Source: Candidatus Hadarchaeales archaeon (GTDB lineage: Archaea; Hadarchaeota; Hadarchaeia; Hadarchaeales; JAWBSP01). From it: DNA of 45,030 nucleotides. A program made the position numbers and the translations under genes. Below, piece by piece: positions 9,386-17,637 of this stretch. Numbering within the stretch: the stretch's first letter is position 1; the number at the start of each line of letters is the position of its first letter. The notes beneath the pieces were generated by a model. It saw only the letters and a program-made list of their open reading frames with translations. It had not been told where the DNA came from and searched no databases. Location: contig JAWBSP010000009.1 in the NCBI GenBank assembly GCA_038842485.1, forward strand, positions 1 through 45,030, read 5' to 3'.

Positions 9386-10104
9386 TCACTCACCATCACA
9401 TACGGACCTCTAATCCACTTCTCCCCCCTCCGGTGATGGACCTCCATGTTTTCATCCAAGGCGATGTCTCCCTCCGAGATGAGCTGCAGGGCCTTCCGGT
9501 AGGCGGGCCCATCACACCTTTGCTTCATCAGCTCCTGCTGCTCCTGTGGAGTTCTGCCCTCGAAGGGAAGGGGGGCTGAAACGCACACGATGGGCCCGTG
9601 ATCCACGTCCTCGCTCATCAGATGGACGGTGGATCGGGTGAACTTCTCCCCGCACCTGAGCTGCTTCTCGACAACGTGGAGGCCCGCGTATTTCCTCCTC
9701 CCACCTTCCATGATCCTCAAATCGGCGGGGTGAACATTCAGAACGCGGTTGGGAAAGCTCGTGAGGAAGACCTGGGTAAGGATGTACATGTACCCGGAGC
9801 AGGCTACCACATCCGGTCTCCACCTAGAAACCAGCTCAGCCAGCCGAAGGTCGTACTCTCTTCTCCTCTCCATATCCGTGAGGGGTTTCTCCCCGTAGAA
9901 CTCGCGGATATCGAGGACCTCCACCGGGATTTCAAGGGACTTCAGCCTCTCGATTCCGCTGGCGTTGGGGTTGGAGGAAACAGCCCCCACGACCTCATAG
10001 CTCTCCGAGCCCAGCATGAAGGGGACCGCACTGGCACCGCCCGAGAAGAGCACCACCACCCTCATTTTCCTCTCAGGCTTGGGTTCGTAGAGGGGAACGA
10101 GCAT
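9376..10104 (-). CDS. purN: Phosphoribosylglycinamide formyltransferase (folate-dependent, PurN-like)
   Basis: VVLFSGGAS, SGYMYIL, LNVHPAD, STVH....VDHGPI; directly upstream of purD. Confidence 0.85.
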   Translation of the reverse strand: MLVPLYEPKPERKMRVVVLFSGGASAVPFMLGSESYEVVGAVSSNPNASGIERLKSLEIPVEVLDIREFYGEKPLTDMERRREYDLRLAELVSRWRPDVVACSGYMYILTQVFLTSFPNRVLNVHPADLRIMEGGRRKYAGLHVVEKQLRCGEKFTRSTVHLMSEDVDHGPIVCVSAPLPFEGRTPQEQQELMKQRCDGPAYRKALQLISEGDIALDENMEVHHRRGEKWIRGPYVMVSEWE

Positions 10105-10313
10105 CCAGATGCTCCGATTCTGCTTTAAAGTGGGTTCCTCTGGATTGGGAGTAGTCCCCTGCGTGAAAAGCTAGAATCTCGATTGGCGAGGTGGATCCAG
10201 TACAGCGTCTTTAGAGATCGGGAAGCTGATGTTGCCTTGGATCGCCAACTTCTGCCGTCAACACACGAGCGAAAGCCTATCTCATCCGCGGCAAAAATTT
10301 GAGCTTGGATGAT

Positions 10314-10611
10314 TGCGAACGTTCGCATGCTTTTGGCGGGATCCACCGTCTTACCGAGAATTGGGCCTAGAGGGGCAAAGGCTTTGCGAACGTTCGCATC
10401 TTCTTGGGGAATCCGCCGTTTTTTGCTTGAGGATCTGAGCCTTAAGGTGGTGCGTATGCGAACGTTCGCATGTTTGTTGAGCTCGAGCATTTCGCTGATG
10501 ATTCTAGCCTCGGGATGCTAGAGGTATTGCGAACGTTCGCATCTTCCGACGGAACCCACTGTTTTTGCTGGAAAATCTGGCTTGAAGGGTAGAGAACAGC
10601 GAACGTTCGCA
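10314..10611. repeat. Array of five 14-bp palindromes TGCGAACGTTCGCA in a degenerate ~71-bp tandem repeat
   Basis: Copies at 10314, 10385, 10457, 10528 (perfect) and 10598 (first base A); start-to-start spacing 71/72/71/70. Confidence 0.95.
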
Positions 10612-10762
10612 CATTTCCAGTTCTGAAATTGAGGCAAGAACAAACGATGCCTAGCTAAAACCCTTAAAAGTTTTGAAAACCTTAAGCGCTTTTTGAATAA
10701 ACAGGAGACCAGAAAAGCTACGGGGAGCTAAACAGATGCGACCGGCGGAACTCTCTGTAACC

Positions 10763-10772
10763 TATTTAAATA
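10763..10772 (+). promoter_or_regulatory. Probable TATA box of the tuf operon (likely leaderless transcript)
   Basis: TATTTAAATA begins 28 bp before ATG 10791; no SD-like motif. Confidence 0.6.
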
Positions 10773-10790
10773 TTGGGTTACAATTCTGCA

Positions 10791-12053
10791 ATGTCCAAGC
10801 CGCACTTGAACCTCATGACCATGGGGCACGTCGACCACGGCAAGTCCACCCTACTGGGTAGGATGCTCTATGAGCTGAAGCTCTTTCCAGAGGAGGAAAT
10901 CAGAAAGTTCGAGGCCATGGGGGACAAGGGGAAGAGCTTCAAGTTCGCGTGGGTCTTCGACGACCTGAAGGAGGAGAGGGAGAGGGGGCTCACCATCGAT
11001 CTCGCCCACCGCAGATTCGACACGGACAAGTACTACTTCACCCTGATTGATGCCCCCGGACACCGGGACTTCGTCAAAAACATGATCACCGGTGCCAGCC
11101 AGGCCGATGCCGGGATTTTGGTGGTGGCGGCCGACGACGGAATCATGCCCCAGACCCGGGAGCATGCCGCCCTGGCTTTCACCATGGGAATCACCCAGCT
11201 TGTGGTGGTCCTCAACAAGATGGACCTTGTGGACTACAAGAAGGAAACGTATGAAAAGCTGAAGAGCGAGGTGACGGAGCTCCTGAGAGCTGTGGGGTAC
11301 AAGAATCCGGAAAAGTTCCCCTTCATCCCCACCTCGGCCTTCTACGGCGAGAACGTTACCCAGCCAAGTTCCAAGATGACTTGGTACAGCGGCCCAACCT
11401 TCCTCCAGAGTCTGGACACCTTCACCGTTCCTCCGAAGCCAATCGATAAACCTCTCAGGATCCCCGTTCAGGACGTGTACACCATTACCGGCGTGGGAAC
11501 GGTGCCGGTGGGAAGGGTGGAAACGGGTGTCCTGAAGGAGGGAGACACGATTGTTTTCGAGCCCGCGGGCAAGACCACCGACGTGAGATCCATCGAGATG
11601 CATCACGAGAAAATACCGAAGGCGGAACCGGGAGACAACATAGGATTCAACGTCAGAGGGCTGAGCAAGACAGACATCAGGAGGGGAGATGTCGTAGGCC
11701 ACCCAGATAAGCCTCCTACCGTGGTGAAGGAGTTCACGGCCAGGATTTTCGTTATCCAGCATCCCACCGCTATCGCCGCTGGTTACACCCCGGTCTTCCA
11801 CGTCCACACCGCTACCGTTGCTTGTCAAATCTCAGAGCTGGTGAACAAGCTAGATCCCAAAACCGGTGCGGTCCTTGAGGAGCATCCACAGTTCCTAAAG
11901 AAGGGGGATGCGGCAACCGTTAAGGTGGTGCCGACCAAGCCCTTGGTGGTAGAGAAAATCTCCGAAATCCCGCAGCTGGCAAGGTTTGCCATAAGAGACA
12001 TGGGAATGACCATAGCCGCCGGAGTCTGCATAGATCTAGTGAAAGCCAAGTAG
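10791..12053 (+). CDS. tuf: Translation elongation factor 1-alpha (aEF-1A)
   Basis: [45 protein letters not shown]; start at ATG 10791. Confidence 0.99.
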   Translation: MSKPHLNLMTMGHVDHGKSTLLGRMLYELKLFPEEEIRKFEAMGDKGKSFKFAWVFDDLKEERERGLTIDLAHRRFDTDKYYFTLIDAPGHRDFVKNMITGASQADAGILVVAADDGIMPQTREHAALAFTMGITQLVVVLNKMDLVDYKKETYEKLKSEVTELLRAVGYKNPEKFPFIPTSAFYGENVTQPSSKMTWYSGPTFLQSLDTFTVPPKPIDKPLRIPVQDVYTITGVGTVPVGRVETGVLKEGDTIVFEPAGKTTDVRSIEMHHEKIPKAEPGDNIGFNVRGLSKTDIRRGDVVGHPDKPPTVVKEFTARIFVIQHPTAIAAGYTPVFHVHTATVACQISELVNKLDPKTGAVLEEHPQFLKKGDAATVKVVPTKPLVVEKISEIPQLARFAIRDMGMTIAAGVCIDLVKAK

Positions 12054-12054
12054 T

Positions 12055-12357
12055 TTGAGAGCACAGCTCAAGCTTCTGAGTCCAGATTATAATCAGTTGG
12101 AAAAAGTCTGCAAGCAGATTAAGGAAATTCTGGACCGGATGGGAGTTGAGTATTCCGGACCCATTCCCCTTCCGACGAGGCGAATAGTAATTCCCGTGAA
12201 AAAGGCGCCGGACGGGGAGGGAACCATAACCTGGGACAGATGGGAGATGAGGATCCACAAGCGCCTCTTTTACATTCAGCCTGACGACAGGGCCCTCAGG
12301 CAAATCATGAGGTTGCCCATACCCGATATAGTGAGACCCGAACTCAGGCTGAAATAG
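12055..12357 (+). CDS. rps10: 30S ribosomal protein uS10
   Basis: SGPIPLPT, PDGEG..TWDRWEMRIHKRL; canonical position after tuf. Confidence 0.97.
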   Translation: MRAQLKLLSPDYNQLEKVCKQIKEILDRMGVEYSGPIPLPTRRIVIPVKKAPDGEGTITWDRWEMRIHKRLFYIQPDDRALRQIMRLPIPDIVRPELRLK

Positions 12358-12377
12358 TTTCTCGCGGACTTTTTAGG

Positions 12378-12465
12378 GCCGGGGTAGCCTAGCCTGGTAA
12401 GGCGCACGCCTTGAGAGCGTGTGGCCCTTTGGGCCGCAAGGGTTCAAATCCCTTCCCCGGCGCCA
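12378..12465 (+). tRNA. tRNA-Ser(TGA)
   Basis: GCCGGGG/CCCCGGC acceptor stem; anticodon arm CACGC-CTTGAGA-GCGTG; long variable arm GGCCC-TTT-GGGCC; GGTTCAAATCC; G discriminator and encoded CCA. Confidence 0.96.
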
Positions 12466-12513
12466 GCTGATTTTCGAGAACTAACAGTCCAGACCAAACT
12501 TAAATTTTAGAAG

Positions 12514-12586
12514 TGGGCCCGCTGGGATTCGAACCCAGGATCTGCGGTGTGTGAGACCGCCGTCATAACCACTAGACCACGGGCCC
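12514..12586 (-). tRNA. tRNA-Val(CAC)
   Basis: Reverse complement GGGCCCGTGGTCTAGTGG...GCGGT-CTCACAC-ACCGC...GGGTTCGAATCCC AGCGGGCCCA; CCA not encoded. Confidence 0.95.
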
Positions 12587-12620
12587 ATCAAATTACTTCA
12601 GGAGTAAAAAGTAACTCGGA

Positions 12621-13697
12621 TTAGGTCTTGCACCACTCCACAAGCTCCTTGAAGAAGGCATCCCCATCCGCTGGTGTTAGGACGAACTCGTTTCCCTTCT
12701 CGCGGTACCTTTCAGACACGAGTTCTGGTTCGGCCATTTCTGGTTCAAACTTCTCTAGCTCTTTTATCCCCACAGGAACGGATATCAGACCCGTTTTGAC
12801 ATGCATGCTGTACGGGGCCCTCACATCTCCCATGGGTTTGATGATGGAAGCATCGAGCAGAATCTTGTCCGCCCGCTCCTCCTTGCCGGCGGTCACGCAG
12901 GTGGTCAGGTTCGGGACCTTCTCGGCGACCCGAGCCTCCAGGAACCTAACGGCATCGGAGTAAAAACTGAAGTAGTTCCTCTCCCTCCTCTCGGTGGTCA
13001 GCTTCTTAGGTGTATATTCCTTGGGAAGTTCGTGGGGCTCGAAAACCAACCAGATCTGGAAACCCCTCGAACCGGAAAATTTGATGTTGGGAACAAGCCC
13101 GTAATGAGTAAGGATCTGGTATGCCTCTCTCACCACCCTCTTTGTCTGAGAGAAGTCTACCTTCTTCCCGGCATCGAAATCGACCACCAGCCAGTCCGGC
13201 TTCTGCGAGTTGATCTGGTGGATGTAGGGGATGAAATCTATTCCGTGCATGTCGAGCTGGTTCTGCACATCCCTCTCGCTCTTGATGGTGATGTAGCGGT
13301 TTCCATACTTTCTCTGCAGCCAGAACCGGCCCGTGAAAAGCCTGAAGACCGACACGTACCTGTTTTTGCAGAACTCGAGCAGGGTGGGCATGACCGCCGG
13401 GTAATACTTCTTGGCTCTGTAGACCCTCAGGTACTCTTGGTTTAACTCCTCCTTAACCTCCCTCCACCTCCCCTCGAACCACTCCCTCCCTTTCTGGGTC
13501 GCCGCGTACATCCCATCCTTCTCCTCCACCCAGCCCCTCGAGATCAGGGACTGCACGAGCTCCAAGGCCTCTTTTTCGGAGAAGGCCCTCCCCGCGTCCC
13601 TGCTAATCTTCTCTTGGATGTGGGCGAGGTCGACGTACTTTCCCTTCCTCTTGATGCAGAACATGAGCATGAGGTGATCCTCGGGGTTGGTTTTCAT
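12621..13697 (-). CDS. N-terminal winged-helix + AEP primase-polymerase (LigD-Pol/Prim-PolC-like) protein
   Basis: PDWLVVDFDAG (motif I DxD), KFSGSRGFQIW (motif II), KILLD...VRAPYS...SVP (motif III); N-terminus LVQSLISRGWVEEKDGMYAATQKG is wHTH-like. Confidence 0.82.
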   Translation of the reverse strand: MKTNPEDHLMLMFCIKRKGKYVDLAHIQEKISRDAGRAFSEKEALELVQSLISRGWVEEKDGMYAATQKGREWFEGRWREVKEELNQEYLRVYRAKKYYPAVMPTLLEFCKNRYVSVFRLFTGRFWLQRKYGNRYITIKSERDVQNQLDMHGIDFIPYIHQINSQKPDWLVVDFDAGKKVDFSQTKRVVREAYQILTHYGLVPNIKFSGSRGFQIWLVFEPHELPKEYTPKKLTTERRERNYFSFYSDAVRFLEARVAEKVPNLTTCVTAGKEERADKILLDASIIKPMGDVRAPYSMHVKTGLISVPVGIKELEKFEPEMAEPELVSERYREKGNEFVLTPADGDAFFKELVEWCKT

Positions 13698-13864
13698 TTC
13701 AGGAGTTCTTGGAGTTTTTCTCCCAGCACCTTCTCCGCGCAGGACCAGCAGACAAAGATGCCCTTCGCCTCCCCCGGTTTCACCAGCTTCACGTAACTGG
13801 AATCGAGACTCAGGAGTTGAATTCCCTTCCTACACAACTTGCACTTGGGTCCCTTGGCCCTCAT
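13694..13864 (-). CDS. 56-aa C4 zinc-finger microprotein (absent from ORF track)
   Basis: MRAKGPKCKLCRKGIQLLSLDSSYVKLVKPGEAKGIFVCWSCAEKVLGEKLQELLK; GGGAGG upstream; stop overlaps the AEP start (ATGA). Confidence 0.75.
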   Translation of the reverse strand: MRAKGPKCKLCRKGIQLLSLDSSYVKLVKPGEAKGIFVCWSCAEKVLGEKLQELLK

Positions 13865-13959
13865 CAAAATGTAGCCTCCCTAAAAGAAGCGTGATGTGCT
13901 TGGACGAGTCCCCAACCAGCCGATCTCACGCACTTTTCAGCTACCTCGAGATGGTCTTG

Positions 13960-14634
13960 ATGAATTTTCTGGACTTTCTGTTGCCCAAAGGGCCTGACCT
14001 TGAGGAGATGAAACGCATCCAAGAGAGGGTGGCCAAGCTAGTGGTGAGGGAGGATGAGAGGAGGGAGTTTGAGACGGTTGCCGGCTGTGACGTAAGCTTT
14101 GCTAGAGGGAACCGTGCCTTTGCGGCCTGCGCCCTTCTGAATTACAAAACCTTGGAGTGTCTCGACCAGAGTGTAGTGGAGGTGAAGGTCAACTTCCCTT
14201 ACATACCGAGCTTTCTCGCCTTCAGGGAGCTCGAACCCATGCTGAAGGCCCTCAGCGGAATGGAGGCTTCGGTTTACATGGTAGGGGCCCACGGGTACTC
14301 CCACCCGAGGAGGGCGGGGCTCGCCTCCCACCTTGGTGTGATACTGGATAAACCCACAGTAGGGGTCGCAAAATCCATCCTTTGCGGGGAGGCGGAGGAG
14401 CCAGGGGAGAAGAGAGGAGCGGTGGGATGGGTAAGGGAGGGGGGAGAGACGATAGGCGCTGCCGTGAGGGTGGTGGAGGGAATGAGACCCGTTTACGTGA
14501 GTGTGGGGCACAAGATCTCGCTCGAAACCGCCATCAGGGTAACGCTCGAAACGACGCGAGGTGGACCTCTCCCTGAGCCCATCCTCCGCGCCCACAGGCT
14601 CGCGACCGAAGCAGCGAGGGGGGCCTTCGGATAG
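13960..14634 (+). CDS. nfi: Endonuclease V family protein
   Basis: VAGCDVSF, FPYIPSFLAFRE, HPRRAGLASHLGV, PTVGVAKS, PVYVSVGH, PEP..AH. Start at ATG 13960 or 13951. Confidence 0.92.
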   Translation: MNFLDFLLPKGPDLEEMKRIQERVAKLVVREDERREFETVAGCDVSFARGNRAFAACALLNYKTLECLDQSVVEVKVNFPYIPSFLAFRELEPMLKALSGMEASVYMVGAHGYSHPRRAGLASHLGVILDKPTVGVAKSILCGEAEEPGEKRGAVGWVREGGETIGAAVRVVEGMRPVYVSVGHKISLETAIRVTLETTRGGPLPEPILRAHRLATEAARGAFG

Positions 14635-14635
14635 A

Positions 14636-15619
14636 ATGGAAAAGATTGCAAAACCCTTCTTTGCTCCTCACCACGAAGCTCAGGGTATAACTCTCCTACA
14701 GTCCTCCCTCCTTTTCACTCTCCTTCTCGCTGTTTCGGTGGGCGCCCTCTTCTTCCGCTATCATGGCAGGGTAACGGAGGCTAGCGTCGCTCTCAGGGCC
14801 CAAGAGCTTGCTGATCTCCTCTCCTCCCGGGTTTCGCTCGCTGGCCTCGGAACCATCACTTATTTGGATCTTCCTCGGACGATTGAAGGAGAAGAGTACA
14901 TGGTCGAGGCGAAAAACAACTTTTTTGCGGTGAGAATCCTGTCCGGCGGGCTTTCAGGAAGGGAATTCAGAGGGCAGAGCCCCCTGCCACTCCACCCTTC
15001 CTCTCTTCGTCCTGGGAGTAGGATATACTTCTGCCCGACCTCCCAAGGTGTTGCAGTTTCCAGTGAGCCAGTTTTAGAAAATTTGCTGCATCTCAAGCCT
15101 CCTTCGGAAACCCCGCCTCAATTCTACTTTTTCGCCAAGAAAAGGCCTGAGGTTGCAGCAGGGGCTCTCTGGTGTTGGTACATGTACGGGGAGGAGCCAG
15201 TCCGGTACGGTGGCAGAGTCCTGCAGGTCAATGGAAGTTTTCTTGAAATCGTTGCCTCAGAGGAGAGCAATGGTGTATCGGCTTGGGTGATAAGAGGAAC
15301 CCAGCTCGCGGAGGTCACAGCGTCTTTGGAGAATCTGCCGTCAGTTGCCGAGGCCGAGAATTCTGGCTGGGTCCGCTCCCCTTCCCAGTGCCTGCGTGAG
15401 CTAAGGGCCAGAGAGTGGAGGGATAAAGAAAACGTGTTGGTCGAGGTGCCTGAGAATGCCCTCATTCTACCCTGTGTTGTCTCAACTCAGACAGGGAGGT
15501 TTGTGGCCTGGAGAGTTGCCTGGGGCGAGCATACTATATACATGGGAGCGATGCCGTGGTGGTGGGCAGAGGAGAATGCCGGGTTCGTTTACTGGTCGGA
15601 GAAACTCCGGCTTGGTTGA
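14636..15619 (+). CDS. Membrane-anchored hypothetical protein, pilin-like N-terminus
   Basis: One N-terminal hydrophobic helix after AQG; LDLPRTIEGEEYMV resembles archaeal pilin-like proteins; start at ATG 14636. Confidence 0.6.
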   Translation: MEKIAKPFFAPHHEAQGITLLQSSLLFTLLLAVSVGALFFRYHGRVTEASVALRAQELADLLSSRVSLAGLGTITYLDLPRTIEGEEYMVEAKNNFFAVRILSGGLSGREFRGQSPLPLHPSSLRPGSRIYFCPTSQGVAVSSEPVLENLLHLKPPSETPPQFYFFAKKRPEVAAGALWCWYMYGEEPVRYGGRVLQVNGSFLEIVASEESNGVSAWVIRGTQLAEVTASLENLPSVAEAENSGWVRSPSQCLRELRAREWRDKENVLVEVPENALILPCVVSTQTGRFVAWRVAWGEHTIYMGAMPWWWAEENAGFVYWSEKLRLG

Positions 15620-15699
15620 GGAAGTTTCCCAAAGGGGGAAAGATTTGTAAAATTATTTCCCCCCGTATTTCAATACCTGTTGGATAAAAAAGAAGACTG

Positions 15700-16010
15700 A
15701 AAAGAATTAGGGCAGAGGAAAGATAAGTTTACAAATCAGATTGTTGGTCCCCGGAGAGCTAAACCTACTCACTTTCCGATTTTATTCTCAACAAGGAAAA
15801 GCTGAGGAGATTACTTATTTCTGAATTTCGAGGATGTCGAAATCAAGAGCATGAAAAAAGAAATCCTCAAGGCTATCCCATATCACTGTGAAATCTACAA
15901 CAGGGAACCGGCCTTTCTATTTTTCGATAAGGTTCAAGTTTTCCCAGGGTGGGAGAGTTTTATCTATTCTCTTTTTTGAGAAGAAGAGGTATTACAATCA
16001 CAGGTTAAAT
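15700..16010 (+). pseudogene. Decayed archaeal AAA (AAA_14-type) ATPase fragment
   Basis: IVGPRRAK (eroded Walker A, 15740), YLFLNFED, FLFFDKVQVFPGWESF (eroded Walker B); interrupted by stops and frameshifts; AT-rich. Boundaries approximate. Confidence 0.65.
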
Positions 16011-16095
16011 GCCTCTCCGCTTGGAGATGGCTGCTAGATTGATTTGAGTCACAATGGCGAACCGAGAATCGCAAAATCGCGTTAATTAGAAGCGG

Positions 16096-16950
16096 CTAGT
16101 CGAAGATGACCGTCTTGTTGTCGTAAACCAGAATCTTGCGCTCGACATACCACTTCAGCGCCCTGTTCAGCACGAGTTTTTCCGCATCCTCCCCTTTCCG
16201 TTTGAAGTCCTCCAGAGAGTCCCGATGGCTGACCGGGACCACATCCTGCTCTATGATGGGCCCAGCATCCAGCTCTTCCGTGACGAAGTACGCCGTCGCT
16301 CCCACGATTTTGACACCCCTCCGGTAAGCCTGCTCATAGGCATCCCTGCCTACAAAGGCCGGGAGGAAGGAGTGGTGGACGCTTATAATCCTGTTCCTGT
16401 ATGCCTGCACCATCTGGGGAGAGAGAATCCGGTCGTACCTTGCCAGCACTATCGCCTCTATCTTCTCGCGCTTCAGAACTTCGAGCTCCCTCCTCTCCTG
16501 CTCCAGCCTGTTCTCCTTGGTGATGGGGAAATGGTGAAACTTCACCCCGAAGTGTTTCGCGACGGGTTCAGCATCCATGTGGTTGCTTATAATGAGGGGG
16601 ATCTCACACCTGTACTCCCCCGCCTGGTACCTAGCAAGCAAATCGTAGAGGCAGTGGAGGAGCTTGGAGACGAAAATTGCCACTCTGGGTTTCTGGGAGG
16701 AAAAATAAAGTTGGTAATCCGCATCCAGCTCGGAGGAAAGCCTGCGAATGCTCTTGGGCAGCTCGCTCTTGGGAATCCTGAAACCATCCAGCGACCACTC
16801 CACCCTCATGAAGAAGATGTTCAGCTCATGATCCCGGTGCTCGTCAGAATGGATGATGTTTCCACCATTCCGGAAGATGAAGTTGCTGACCTTGGCCACT
16901 ATCCCCTTCCGGTCGGGGCAGGAGAAGAGGAGGATGGCAGTCTCCTTCAT
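16096..16950 (-). CDS. purU: Formyltetrahydrofolate deformylase
   Basis: ACT domain CPDRKGIVAKVS..F; VSK..HCL.DLL, VLARY, HHSFLPAF, GVKIVGATA, LDAGPIIEQ, NKTVIF. Confidence 0.93.
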   Translation of the reverse strand: MKETAILLFSCPDRKGIVAKVSNFIFRNGGNIIHSDEHRDHELNIFFMRVEWSLDGFRIPKSELPKSIRRLSSELDADYQLYFSSQKPRVAIFVSKLLHCLYDLLARYQAGEYRCEIPLIISNHMDAEPVAKHFGVKFHHFPITKENRLEQERRELEVLKREKIEAIVLARYDRILSPQMVQAYRNRIISVHHSFLPAFVGRDAYEQAYRRGVKIVGATAYFVTEELDAGPIIEQDVVPVSHRDSLEDFKRKGEDAEKLVLNRALKWYVERKILVYDNKTVIFD

Positions 16951-16983
16951 CTTGATTTAAGAGCGCTGTTTATTTCTGGTTGA

Positions 16984-17637
16984 CTAGGTGGGAACCGTCC
17001 ATTCTGTTCTGAAGGTCCAAGCCAGTCTTCTTTTTATCCCTTCCAAGTGACCCGCTCCCACCACACAGACTAGCTTCTCGCCGGTGCCCGAGAGTTCCAA
17101 GATTCGGTTCAGGATGTACTCATCCCTCTCCTCCACCAGCACACGGTAGAAGCCCGGGCAGGCGCGCCGGAAGGTGCCGAGGAGGGAGGACAGAACCTTC
17201 CCCTGCAGAAGCTCTTCGGGATTCACCCTCGGGGAGAAGAGAAACCCGCCCGCGGCCCAGAAGGCAAATTTCAGCTTCTCCCAGGGCCCTAGCGCGAGGA
17301 GCCGCTGAAGGGTGAGGCCGATGTCTCTGTCTAGGAACTCTACCCTCGCCCCCACCTCCTCCGCCGCCCCGATTGCCTCGAGCATCTCCGCCCCCGCCCT
17401 GACCCCGGTCCTTCGGGAGAAGAATTCTTGGATGAGGTAGAGGATCAGCGCCAGCGGGGAGCGCGGGACCGAGACCCGACCCTCTTTTAGTGCAAGGTAC
17501 CTACCCCTGCACAGCTCAACTCCCACCACCGACGGTCTTTTCTCCAAGATGATTTCCCTCACCATCCGCACGCTCTGGGGAAGCACATGCGCGGTCCCCA
17601 CCAAGGTCAGCCGCTCGCCGATTTGCTCAACTATCAT
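16984..17637 (-). CDS. TraB/GumN family protein
   Basis: LVGTAHV, VGVELC..R, GAEM, DRDI..TL.R, ERD, VVGAGHLEGI. Confidence 0.9.
   Translation of the reverse strand: MIVEQIGERLTLVGTAHVLPQSVRMVREIILEKRPSVVGVELCRGRYLALKEGRVSVPRSPLALILYLIQEFFSRRTGVRAGAEMLEAIGAAEEVGARVEFLDRDIGLTLQRLLALGPWEKLKFAFWAAGGFLFSPRVNPEELLQGKVLSSLLGTFRRACPGFYRVLVEERDEYILNRILELSGTGEKLVCVVGAGHLEGIKRRLAWTFRTEWTVPT

Noticed and set aside
10125-10521. ORFs 10125-10490(-) and 10309-10521(+) as real genes
   Set aside because: They run across the palindrome array with repeats in different frames, and show no recognisable motifs.
10314-10611. CRISPR array (period of ~71 bp is CRISPR-like)
   Set aside because: The conserved unit is only 14 bp, linkers are 56-58 bp and homologous to each other, and no intact cas genes are present.
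10851-11828. Long antisense ORF in tuf and similar shadow ORFs across the window
   Set aside because: They lie opposite well-supported genes, which is expected in GC-rich coding DNA, and have no motifs.
12378-13864. Integrated element at tRNA-Ser/tRNA-Val carrying the AEP
   Set aside because: No integrase and no duplicated tRNA 3' end noticed; the AEP lies 5' of tRNA-Val.
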